Assembly: GCA_002104905.1 (NCBI GenBank)
Contig: MCFE01000183.1
Location: forward strand, 76,812 to 140,811
Direction of reading: 5' to 3'
DNA length: 64,000 nucleotides
Source of the DNA: Basidiobolus meristosporus CBS 931.73
Taxonomy: Eukaryota; Fungi; Basidiobolomycota
Each line of letters begins with the position of its first letter. Positions within the stretch are counted from its first letter, which is position 1. Shown here piece after piece: positions 42,334 through 53,549 of this stretch. The position numbers were made by a program, and so were the translations under genes. The notes under the pieces were generated by a model that searched no databases, was not told the origin of the DNA, and saw nothing but the letters and a program-made list of their open reading frames with translations.

Positions 42334-43698
42334 ATGACATTGCCGGCAGAACTTGACATCTTGGGACAGCACCCTATGCTTAGAATGATGTACACCAATT
42401 TAAGCTATATCTTCGCCCTAGACGACAGTCCAAACCAGTCTGCCACAGACTCTGTCGTTCAGTCCCTTACGAATGGTCTACAGCGTTTGTCTGAGAGCTT
42501 TCCATGGATAGCGGGACAAGTCGGTAGCACAGGGGCCGACCAGGGTGGTTCCACAGCATTCAAAATCATACCATTCGAATCAATGCCTCCGCTTCAGACA
42601 GCGCACAGGCCAGATCTTTCGATTAAGACCTTCATTGAATCGAATTGGTCGATGCAGATGCTCGATCCAGACGTGTTTGCGCCGCGCTTGAGCCCCCTCG
42701 GTCAAGCCCCTAAGCCGTCTGATCCGGCGCCAGTATTTCTCCTACGGGCGACATTCATCACCGGCGCCGTCGTACTAACGTTTGCGGCAAACCACAGCGC
42801 CATGGATATGACGGGACAGACTATGATGATACGGCTTCTGAGCAGAGCCTGCCATAGTATCCAATTCACCGAAGAAGAGCTGCGTTTGGGGAATAGGGAA
42901 ATAGGGTGCAAAATTGCCTTATTTGAAGACAGGGGGGATCAGGAGCTTAAGGCAGAGATAGCCAGTCAACTAAGCAGGAAGACAGCGGAGACAGAAATCC
43001 CCAAGGTGAATGATCCCCAAGAACCGGCCAAGCTTACTTGGGCATATTTCCAGGCAGATATGTCGTCGCTAGCCGCCATTAAAGCGAAAGCGACTGAATC
43101 GAACCCTAGTTCCAGTTTCGTATCCACAGACGATGCGCTCACCGCATTGATTTGGCAAGCAATCAGTCGTGCGCGTCGCTCTCGTCTCGGCGTATCCACA
43201 AGGCTGTTATTAGCGAGAGCAGTAGATGTGAGAAAGTCGATGGGCATTTCCGAAAGGTATCCGGGTATGATGCAGAACATGGCGTTTAACAACTTGACTA
43301 TTGAAGAGGTTTTAGAGATGCCTCTTGGTGCCGTCGCAGCTCAATTACGAAATAAGCTGGACCCTAACAACCTTGGACATGCAATGCGGGTAATCATGAC
43401 CCTGATGAGCCGTCACCCGCACGAGTCGCCTATTTTACCCTATCTCAAGCCATCTCACGATGTCATGATCACCTCTTGGGCGAAGATGGACTGCTACAGT
43501 GACGACTTTGACTTAGGGCTAGGTAAGCCAGAGATTGTACTACGCCCGCGGTTGCCACCTGTTGGCGAGGGATGGGTCAATTTAATGCCCAAGTCAGAGA
43601 AGAGGGGTATTATATTTGGTGTTTGTTTGCGGGAGGCAGATATGATGCTTTTCAAGGCTGATGAGCAGCTTAGGGAGTGTGTTGATTGTATTGCCTAA
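42334..43698 (+). CDS. Trichothecene 3-O-acetyltransferase-like transferase (TRI101/AYT1 family), intronless
   Basis: LDILGQ, GLQRLSESFPWIAGQV, HSAMD (HxxxD), FVSTDDAL, RAVDVR, YPGMMQNM, ITSWAK, DFDLGLGKPE. Confidence 0.9.
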   Translation: MTLPAELDILGQHPMLRMMYTNLSYIFALDDSPNQSATDSVVQSLTNGLQRLSESFPWIAGQVGSTGADQGGSTAFKIIPFESMPPLQTAHRPDLSIKTFIESNWSMQMLDPDVFAPRLSPLGQAPKPSDPAPVFLLRATFITGAVVLTFAANHSAMDMTGQTMMIRLLSRACHSIQFTEEELRLGNREIGCKIALFEDRGDQELKAEIASQLSRKTAETEIPKVNDPQEPAKLTWAYFQADMSSLAAIKAKATESNPSSSFVSTDDALTALIWQAISRARRSRLGVSTRLLLARAVDVRKSMGISERYPGMMQNMAFNNLTIEEVLEMPLGAVAAQLRNKLDPNNLGHAMRVIMTLMSRHPHESPILPYLKPSHDVMITSWAKMDCYSDDFDLGLGKPEIVLRPRLPPVGEGWVNLMPKSEKRGIIFGVCLREADMMLFKADEQLRECVDCIA

Positions 43699-43870
43699 AT
43701 TAGCCAGGTTGGTTGAATGCTAATATACTTGCCACAAGTCTAGCACATACAAATAAAAAGCCAGCTTGTATTTATTTTCTACTCATATATCCGCTTAAAT
43801 ATATTGAACTGAGAATAGCAAATCAGGTAGTTTGCGCTGACTGAAAAGGAAGGTGCACTGATCTACATAG

Positions 43871-44259
43871 TGTTGTAAGAGTTTCGGACAATAAGTAGAT
43901 TATATGGTTTTTGTTGCAATATTCCGAGGAGTATTGGAAGTGATGTGGAGAACTAGAGGATTACATGTTATTCACTTGTAGATTTGTTGATCAAAAGTAT
44001 AGTATTGTTACTTTTGATAAAGTAAGGCAAACAAACGTGTAGAGTTTGTTAAGAAAGGTCCCAAGAATATGTGTGCAAAGTTTGGGGTCTTTTGGGCAAC
44101 TTTGAGAAAGATCATAATCTGGATACCTGATAATTTGGGGAAAATACTCTAAGTAAATCCCAACAAAAGATTTGGTCAGGACAGAAGGCTAATCAAAGAA
44201 TAGGATCTATGTGACTAAGTTGGCATGAGTATTTAGGTGGCAACTTAATAATGACAACA
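43871..44259. mobile_element. Solo LTR with near-perfect 5-bp TSD (CATAG/CTTAG)
   Basis: TGTTGTAAGAG...ATGACAACA; flanks 43866-43870 and 44260-44264. Confidence 0.85.
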
Positions 44260-44289
44260 CTTAGATCATTACCTTCAAATCCTAGAGAA

Positions 44290-44543
44290 CACTGACCAAA
44301 CTCCTTGTTGGGATTTACTTATAATATTTACCCAGAACATAAAAATTAGATAAGTTGTCCAAACAGCCCCAAACTTTGCACACATGTTCTTAGGACCTTC
44401 CTAAACCTATTTTACATGCTTGTTATGCCAAGATCATGTAAAAGTATAAATACCACTTTTACATTCAATGAATCACTAAGTGAAAATCACAGAATCTACT
44501 TGTCCTCCCAATCCCTTCCAATATCTCCAAGACTCTTACAACA
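44290..44543. repeat. Partial LTR, inverted relative to 3494-3902
   Basis: Ends GACTCTTACAACA; its reverse complement matches the start of LTR 3494. Confidence 0.8.
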
Positions 44544-45243
44544 CCATTACACCCAAATACTTATATTAACTCAATCACTTAAGTCATAGTACATAAGCAT
44601 TATTATTTTTGGACCAGATTCATAGATGTGTTTTTACTTAAAGTGCTTTTATCCTAGTGTCTGGCTCTCAGGGAATAATATCACTTACCAATAACTCAGA
44701 TAGCAAAGAATTATGTATATAGTTGAAAGCTTTCATCAGCTGAGTATTGGCACTAGCTAATAGAGATAGACGGTCATAGTCACTGCAATATAAACATACA
44801 GTTTAGTAGAGCCAGACTCAATTGAAGAGGAGGGAATTGCCACAACACAAGTTTGCCAGTATCATAAAGATCTATGAGAAGCAAAATAGTGCATGTAATA
44901 TATTGGTAGGTATACACAACAGCCAAGAAATTATTAGAATTGCTTATGTAAAGAGCTGTGCCACACAGTCTGTTCCTCTGCCAACCAAGTTCTGGGAGAA
45001 AGCTTACTTAAAGAATGTTTACTAGCTATTTTCCAAATAAATTTATGAGTCCAGGTAGCTACTGGTCGAGTGATAGAGTGCCAATGCTGCTCTACAGGTG
45101 AGTTCTATTCCATTTGAGGTATGCCAGTTTACTATGCAAGTTTATTGATAATGGTAATATTGTTAGGCAGCGCTGGACAAATGGGGCATGGCTTGGTGAA
45201 GTATGAGGCTGTAGAGGTATTAGTAGCCACAGCGTTGTTTAAC

Positions 45244-45818
45244 CTATTGAACATTAGTCGCATTGAAAAAAAGGTCAGCGTAGCATTTGGCATATTGATC
45301 ATAAACCTTGATCCAGTTCTGAACGCATTCTGTGAATATTCTATCATCTGGCACATCAGAAAGATCTTCATTCATGTGAACATGCAGATCTTTTTCTTCC
45401 ATCAAGAGACAGTATTCTGCTGCGAATTTTAGGTGCACTCGAGTGCAATCAGTGGCTCGTAGTTCTCCAGCACATAAGAGATCGCCTTTACTACCTTCTG
45501 TGGTTCTTGGGAGCATCGAATTAGAATCTTACTTACAAGCGTGTTAGTCGCTGACTTGTCGCAACGCGGTGCCGTACACGCGGTGTTAAGGAGTGGTGAA
45601 AATTGGTCAGCATTGCTTAGTTCATAGTTCTACCAACCTATGGAGGCGACTGGTGACCAGATTTGACTGAGCGGTAAACATGGCTCATTATCAGTTACAA
45701 TAGAGAGTAATGATTGCCTACGGGTGGCCGACAGCTGGCCGAGATCATTGTCTACAGGTGCGGCGTCGGCAACCAAAAGAGTAGAGGCAATCACAGCAGA
45801 TACACGTGAGGATTTCAT
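45244..45818 (-). CDS. Possible small secreted Cys-containing protein (spliced; unresolved)
   Basis: Signal-like MKSSRVSAVIASTLLVADA; GTAAGT donor near 45535; Cys-bearing downstream ORF 45244-45516. Confidence 0.35.
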
Positions 45819-46165
45819 TGTGACCCAAGAATCAAAGGCTTGGCAAGAAAATACCTGAGGGATTGTAATTTATTGTATTAAGGTAAATAATATCGCAATT
45901 GCAAGACATAACCGTTTGATTATAGCTTGTGCTATATAGTTAAGATGAAAGCAAAAGTATACTGGTAAGAACACACAGATATCTATTGCTCTTGAGATAT
46001 TATTAACAATACTGAACAACACTCCACTAGCTACAAAGTCTGCGCGAAGCTCTTTGCGTGTTGCAAAAATGTACGAGATTTCTTGGAAATTCATTGGTCA
46101 GATATCTTAATATAGGTGATAGCATCTATCCTTGTGTTTATTTCAACTACATTCGATGTTTTCTC

Positions 46166-47614
46166 CTAGTGCAAGGGAATGCTTCGGGCAAATTGGAAAA
46201 CATTTTTGGGATCGTATTTGTTCTTGATATGAACTAGTCTATCGAAGTTATCCCCATAGTAGATCTTCTTCCAGTCCTTTTCGTCGTTGTCAACGTAGTT
46301 TTGGTAGCCTTGGGGGAAGTCTGGATGAAGCGTATTATAAATTTCATGAAGCCAAGGAAGACGTGTAGCATTGAAGACTCCGATTTGGATGCTAGAAATG
46401 GTATTGCGGTGGACAAAGGAGGTGGCATGGGTCGAGTGTCTGCCAACTTGCCCTCCTTGCATATCAAACATGATGAAGGCCTGATTGTCAACCGATTTCA
46501 TAATGTCATAGACTTTGTCGGCCACTTCTTTGGTCACCGGCTTCACCAAATAACCTGATTTAGCCTTGAAATAGCTCTTGACTGATCTCCGTTGGGTTTT
46601 GGCCAAATCATCAACCGCCATATGGGGTCCGTTGGTAGCAAAATATAGGAACGATTCGGGTAAAGTCATCTTTTGGTTAGTAATCAGCGAGGTCTTGGGG
46701 AGTTTCTCGATAATTTCTTGGAACAATTGTTTTTGCTTCGTTGGATTGCCTGTTAAGATGGTTCCCGATACTCGAATTGCTCCGCCAGGTAAGATATGGA
46801 AAATTCCAGTAACTTCCCTGGGTGGGTTACTAGCAAACCATTCTTGAACCCCAATAAGCACGTCACTGAAGTTCCCTGCGCTAGTAGGATACGTGAGTGA
46901 GAAGACTGGGAACTTGTTAGGTGCGTGGAAATAACGGAATTGGAACTTTGTCACAATGCCGTACGAGCTATGGCCTGCACCCAATAGAGCCCAGAACAAG
47001 TCTTTGTTCTTCTTTTTACTAGCAACAACAACATCCCCGGTAGCGGTAACCACCTCCATGGACTCTACTCTATCCAGCATTAGTCCATGAAGACGACTGT
47101 ACAAACCATAGCCACCACCTAGGGTATGCCCACCAACTCCGATCTCTGGCTCGCTACCATGTGGGAGACCCACATTACGCTCTTTCCACAAGAAGTGCAA
47201 GAGCCTGCCTACCAATTGGCCAGCCTCAACCGAAACAGTACGATTGTTATCATCGAATTTGGTTTCGTGCATGTTGACCAAATCAACGACCATCTTGCCA
47301 TCTTCACCTCCAAGTCCATAGCCCTCATAATCATGACCGCCGCTGCGAGCGACCACCTTCAGGTTGGTTTTGCTGGCACATCTCACTGCAAGCGCTACAT
47401 CGTGAGTGCTTGTAGGGCGTACGATAACGGCTGGAGAAACCTCGGAGAGTCTGTCATTCCAGTTGAATCTTGCCTGGTCGTATCCGGTGTGTCCAGGAAG
47501 GAATACCTTATGGTGAATCTTATGCAAGCATCGGGCAATATCAGCGGAAAGTAGCGATGTGGCCAGACTGCCGGAAGCGGAGAGAAAAAGGAGCAAAGCG
47601 CTAGCTGCTTTCAT
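46166..47614 (-). CDS. Secreted FAD-linked oxidase, berberine-bridge-enzyme/AA7-like, intronless
   Basis: Signal MKAASALLLFLSASGSLA; RSGGHDYEG; GVGGHTLGGGYG; ALLGAG; BBE tail YQNYVD..YYGDNFDRLVHIKNKYDPKNVF. Confidence 0.93.
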   Translation of the reverse strand: MKAASALLLFLSASGSLATSLLSADIARCLHKIHHKVFLPGHTGYDQARFNWNDRLSEVSPAVIVRPTSTHDVALAVRCASKTNLKVVARSGGHDYEGYGLGGEDGKMVVDLVNMHETKFDDNNRTVSVEAGQLVGRLLHFLWKERNVGLPHGSEPEIGVGGHTLGGGYGLYSRLHGLMLDRVESMEVVTATGDVVVASKKKNKDLFWALLGAGHSSYGIVTKFQFRYFHAPNKFPVFSLTYPTSAGNFSDVLIGVQEWFASNPPREVTGIFHILPGGAIRVSGTILTGNPTKQKQLFQEIIEKLPKTSLITNQKMTLPESFLYFATNGPHMAVDDLAKTQRRSVKSYFKAKSGYLVKPVTKEVADKVYDIMKSVDNQAFIMFDMQGGQVGRHSTHATSFVHRNTISSIQIGVFNATRLPWLHEIYNTLHPDFPQGYQNYVDNDEKDWKKIYYGDNFDRLVHIKNKYDPKNVFQFARSIPLH

Positions 47615-49799
47615 GTTGAATTCAGAGTCAGATCGGCTTGATGACTTGTCTTCATACCAGCCGCTCAAGCCGCCGCTTTTATATGCAACATGGACTTGGA
47701 AGGGTATTAGGAAAGCTTTACCGATACTGTAGAGCAGTATCTTCCACCCTCCCCCAAATCAAAGAATATTACCATAAAAGGTATACAGAAGTACATAGTT
47801 ACCAGGATCGCCATCACAAATCTCCGACTACCAAACATCTACAAGAGATCGTGCCAAATGGGGTGGTTGGCGTATGCCAAAATTTACCACGCTTTCCACA
47901 CCATATCGCTCCGACAGTGACCATTCTCATACCTATAAAGTACTGTTGACCAGGCTGGGAGAAGCCGATTTCTATTTGTCGTGGGTAGAAAAAGATGTCA
48001 TCTAGAACTGGGCAACTTCCGAATTAGCTCCTATACAGAAGAGAACAGGTTCATATATTGGGCTCTAGCCTGGACCATTCTATTATTGCTAAGGAAGTTA
48101 CGGGTCGCTTGGTTGAAAGTTCCGGTTGAATCGGGTGCAGTAAAAACTTTGAAACTTTTCGCATTGCTCAAAGAGTGCTAAAGGTTGCGTGGTTATCTGT
48201 TGTTATCCCGACCAACATAAACTGCTTTTTACTGCTGACCTTGATATTTATCATGTCAGATCGAGTTACCCTGCAGGAACATAGCATAACAAATATTTGT
48301 TATCCGTGAGTACCTTTTACAAATCTTAATGTGGGAGAGCATGCAATGACTCTCAGGCGGCTATTTTCGGGGTTATGGACTGAGATTATTTGGCAGTGAA
48401 TAGCACAAAACCAAACCCGGCAAAATGAAGCATGGTCGCTTTTACCATATTTATCAGCGCAGTAAGATCAGGCGTATACCAAATTTATTACACGCGCTCA
48501 AGTAGCATACCTTGAAAATATGGCTACTTGTATTGCATTGGCAAAATAGGCAGTTGAATTTGGGCTCTTCTTAGACGCCTTAAATCCCGACCTCTCCTTG
48601 TGATTAGTAGCTAGCGCTGACAAATATGTTATTATTCTGAGGATAGTAACCTCTATGAAAAATAACCATGATGATCCCATCAAAAGACTGTCACAAAACT
48701 TAAATCCTGCAACTAAGCAGTATTGATGCCATTGTGATACCATGCAAAGAGCATTAAAAAGTTGCACCTCAGATTTCTCAAAAACTTGGTCAAAATCTTT
48801 CATCACAACAATCCATAAGTTACTGTTGTTTGGTTCTCTGCCAATTCTCTCACTTTCTGATCATGGGCACTCAATCACCTCCTACATTTGTGTACATTCA
48901 TTGGCTATTGCCTCTTTTTCACACTTCTTACTTCCTGACTCAACCAATGCTCTTACTTTTCATGCATACAAATTGGTTTATTTCTGTTATATCTTCCATT
49001 GTAACTCAATTACCAGCTGTACTGACCCATGTAAGTCCCTATACCAATGTTAACATTAAGCCTAACCTTGCACTCTATGAGTAATTCCATTAAAATCCTC
49101 CATTCAATAAGTGTTTCTGCTGCCCAGCAACTATATGCGGGTGGCTGAACCAGAATCCGCAGAAGACAACCATCATCAAGGAGTGAGGTGGATCTCGTGG
49201 CAAACAGACACTTTAAATAAGATTGTGTATGCACTAGTCGGGGAATGAGACAATGAATGATAAGTACCCTTAGTTTTTATTGGTAAATACATCTGTCACG
49301 CATTGAACTAGCCAACAAATAGAAAGTCTGCCAAATTCTCCCAATGCGTCCGCTTGTTAAATCTGCAACTGAAATTAGCGAGAAAGGCGCGGATCATGGT
49401 ATGGGTGTATGCACCTGGCGTTGACCACCTTAAAAGCCAGAAGCAATGCATTGATACCACCCGATGTACAAAGTCCACTATTTGGTTGATAAACTAAGGT
49501 AAGAGAAAGCTTCATGATTGAGTTGGAGCAAAGTAAGGTTAGCCTGACTACATTTAACTACTGCAATAGGTGCTAAAATACATTTTTACTGTTGCCGTCT
49601 TAACCCTTTAGACAATTGCTCTGCTTACAAGTAGCATAAGCAACTAATCAATTTATTGACTACTACGTGGCAAAAAAGCTCCACGCGCTTGGTTTTTTCT
49701 CTCATCAGTCTTGAAAGAATTGATGTTACACATCAGCTGTGGATAGCAACCTGCTGACTTTTGTCTCAATTTAGTCTCCCAAATCCGGGATTTTGTGTG

Positions 49800-50444
49800 C
49801 ATCTATTATGCAAAGGGTTATTGAATGTAAACTCTGTTGCTGTTTTTTTCAAAATGATGGAAGCACGAAGTAAATATACTTCAGGGGCTTTAGCCTTCAA
49901 AGTACTTAGCTTGAATTCTAACGGTATTCCAAGAATATTTGGCATATACCAATACTTCGCTCTTATTTTCGGTAATACGCGCTACTTCCGAAGCTTTGAG
50001 CTGTTGGAGTAATATTGCTTGGTCTACGGTATCCTTGATAAAGCCGTGACGAATGATTTCCCCTGCACAGACGGCACTAAATGTAGCAACGGTCTTAATG
50101 CGCAAGTCAGTCTGAGCACCAAAGGATACATAGCCACCGGAGGCGCTCAGGGTCCACGCCAACTGAGAGTGGCGCTTTTGATATCTACTACACGCTGGTA
50201 TAGGTCTTTGAGACCTCGGGGCTCGCCTACGCTATCACTTTGATAGGCGGCATAAAAGGTGAGAGTAATAAACTCGTTTTCAGCTAGCTGCTTGGTGTAA
50301 ATGATCGCGGTCTGCTCCTTCCGTCCTGTCATCGGGTATGAGATAACGATGCTTACGATTGGGAACTGACTTAGCTGATAGGTGGAGATCACTAACGATG
50401 GTAATACCGTTGCGGGGGAAGGTGACCTTTTGCGCTTGGGCCAT
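49800..50444 (-). pseudogene. Frameshifted YcjY-like alpha/beta hydrolase
   Basis: KVTFPRNGITIV, IVISYPMTGRKEQTA, FITLTFYAAYQSDSVGEPRGL, ASGGYVSFGAQTDLRIKTVAT, spread over three reading frames. Confidence 0.85.
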
Positions 50445-52949
50445 GATAACTATAGATAGATTGCCTGTTACCCTTTTAAAATGTAGCATTTGTTCGAAAA
50501 TTACCGATTACCAACCTTAATAAGATTGTTAGCATTACCGCAGTGATTTCCGTTCGATCATTGAAACTGATTCGATTTGCCTTCATTCTGATGGAGGTAT
50601 AAGCCACGCTGTTGTATTGACTTCATCATCCGATGAACAGGATCCTAAAAAGAGCGCACTGCCCACTTACAGAGGCGAAGTGGCAGGGCTACAGCATTTT
50701 CGGTGGTCCTTGGCACCCAATTACTCAGGTGAGGCGCCTCACCCTTTGCCTCTCGTGCTCTCTGTCTGACCGACTCTTGTAAGCTTTTTTGCAAGTCTTC
50801 GAATGAAAGACTGGCTTCTCTGCACAACTCACTGACGTCTGCCGAGCTTATTGTGACACAGGTTGCGTACCCCCTGAAGCGCAAGTACCGAGCGCCGCAA
50901 TTCTTTAGGGGTCAACTTCATCCAAGGTAGTCGGATAGGGCACGACACTCTTGAAGTTCTCCACTTTCTGGCTGGCTTTACACCTATAGCTTTCGGTGCA
51001 AGTGCATATTGACAATGTGAAAGGATTTACTATGCATTATAGGGGATACATAAGCTCTAATTAAGTCAAATACAGCTTTTACATACAAATGAAATAATGC
51101 AACATAATGATGGTTCATGTGCGTGTAGCGACCATCAGAAACATGGATCTGGATTAATAAACATCCTGAAAGTTCACATATCATGTTATTTATCAACCTA
51201 TATATAATTGCCAATTAGATTTTTCATATTCATACTATAACAAGCAAGCCCCATATAACATACTATATTCTGTGCACTGTACCATCTCTAATAAGAACAC
51301 ATATATACACTGCTTACCCTAAATGATGATAAAGTGTATTGCACCATAAAGAGAGTATTTGAGTATCAAGGATAATTTTCAACTAACATCATTAATTTTA
51401 TCCTTGAATCACAATAATGAGAATGCTTAGGGTAATGTCCTACCTTATGAAGCCATTCTGGATAGCAGGATGAAAGCTGAGATTAAAGAATTATTGCTAG
51501 TTTAAGAATCCTTTGGTCCAGTTGTATTCAGGACTTCCTGGTTAAACAAAGAAACAATAAGGTTTGTTGCAGTGCTGAGATCCAGAATTATTGGCTGCAA
51601 AACTCTACAAGAAAGAGTTGATTATCACATTCTACAGCTTTTACTGAGCCTTTACCAGTAAAGGCACTTTGTGAAAAGGTGCAAGTCATCAAATGACACC
51701 TAAATACCAATAACCCTATAATGCTATCTTTGATTCTGACTGGTTTTGAGTATAGATCCAATCAGCAAAATAGGATTTAATGACACTGGCCTATTTAATT
51801 CTGGGCATCATTTGTCTAAGTACAATTATTTATACCATTTCTTAGTTGTTTATATATCATATATAAAGTCATAATCTTCCAAACTTTGATTAGCTTTTTT
51901 GATATATTGGTGCTATTTTCCTAAGGTAGAAACACTAAGATGATAAATGCTATACAACTTTTCAAAGTATATTGAAATAGTACAGCTTATTTGAATAATA
52001 TGGAATTTCTAGCAATACTGCTATTAAAATTTGGATTGACAATTCTAGCACTATTTTCAATGGTCTCCTCAAGTAATATTTCTACACTAAATTTAAATAT
52101 TACAATCCGTAGGTTATTGATTATTTATATACCAAAGTTTGTTCAAGTTGGATCGAGAGAAACACTATAAACATTGGAATCTAGTTTCCATTACCATCTT
52201 ACAGTTACCATAATTTTTCAACTTGGATCAAGAGAAGCATTGGAATTTAACTTTGAATAAAACTATATACCATTTTGCAGATCCACTTGAGCTAAGAGAT
52301 CTATGCCTGCTTGTCAGCTAAACAGATATTATTGGTGTCAGAATGGATACATCAAATGCGAAATTCCGTGGTAAACTGGTAGGGTAACAGATAGTCAAGC
52401 TGCAATCTCACGCATATTACCTCACCACACCACAATCCAGCATAGAAAGCCAATGCACCCGCTGCTTCAACACGTGGAGTGAATGATGAGACAGCAACTA
52501 TCCTGATCTTACCGAAGCTTGATTTCCTCACCTATGCATTGGAGAAGATGCGCATGCTAACCCACACGCATGGCATGAGCAACATTGTACCATCCGTGTA
52601 TGCGTGTGATTGGTTGTCTTCTACATTATAATGCATGATGAGCGAGCTATACACAGCGATTGACAAACAGCCAACTCATTATTCTTCTCTTTACAATAAA
52701 GATACTGGGACAAATCAAAAAGTGATGTAATATCAACGTTCAATTGCTATGTATCATATCGAGGCAATGCTCATGAGATCACACGTAGACTGTGGCAAAA
52801 TCAACGCTCTAGATACTCCTCATTTAGCTATATATAACACTCCATATCCTGGCTTTTCTGACGCAAATCCCACTCTTTTTAATACAGAATCAAGCAAAGC
52901 GTCCACACAGACTGATTGTAATTTAGATAGGTCCAACAACCACTCAGCA

Positions 52950-53549
52950 ATGGTATATCAAATCAGAATCGTCAAAGATGAAGAAGGAATTAACCAAATC
53001 CAAAGACTTCTTTACACGGTCTACATTGAGGAGGGCAAATGGAAGTTCAACCCTGCCAATCCAGCTGGGATAAGGATTGTGGACCATATGCTAATTGACA
53101 ACCGGGATGATATTGCGACATACTTTGGTGCATTCAGCAACAAGAAACTAATCGGCTGTTGCCGAATCTGTCCAAGACATGAAGGTTTATTTGAGATACA
53201 GAATTACAATAGCAAAACTTTGAACCTACTGAATGCAAAGAACTTGGTGGAGGGTTCAAGGAGTGCGGTACTACCTGAGTATAGACAGCATGGAGTATTT
53301 CGTACTATGTTTCATGAAGTTCTCCAATACTGCTATCAACGAGATCTTTTGCTGTTTGTTTCTACCAGTTCAAATGAACTTCGACGTATTTTTCGAATTA
53401 TCGACTTTCCAATTGTTGAGGATTTCACATTCAAATATGAATCCCACGACCCAAAAGAGTGCCAACTCTTTGTGGCTAAATCCCGATCGGACTTACTGCA
53501 TAGTATTTCAAAACTTTGCCCCACAGTTCCACTACATAGTCATCTCTAA
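52950..53549 (+). CDS. LuxI/FeeM-like GNAT-fold N-acyltransferase (199 aa from ATG 52950), intronless
   Basis: RLLYTVYIEEGKW, IDNRDD, YFGAF..LIGCCRICP, LVEGSRSAVLPEYR; motif order and spacing follow autoinducer-synthase-fold proteins. Confidence 0.7.
   Translation: MVYQIRIVKDEEGINQIQRLLYTVYIEEGKWKFNPANPAGIRIVDHMLIDNRDDIATYFGAFSNKKLIGCCRICPRHEGLFEIQNYNSKTLNLLNAKNLVEGSRSAVLPEYRQHGVFRTMFHEVLQYCYQRDLLLFVSTSSNELRRIFRIIDFPIVEDFTFKYESHDPKECQLFVAKSRSDLLHSISKLCPTVPLHSHL

Noticed and set aside
52749-52949. Upstream ATG 52749 as start of the LuxI-like gene; bacterial contamination as its origin
   Set aside because: Fold similarity begins at Met68. The gene is embedded in contiguous CpG-poor subtelomeric DNA with no operon context.
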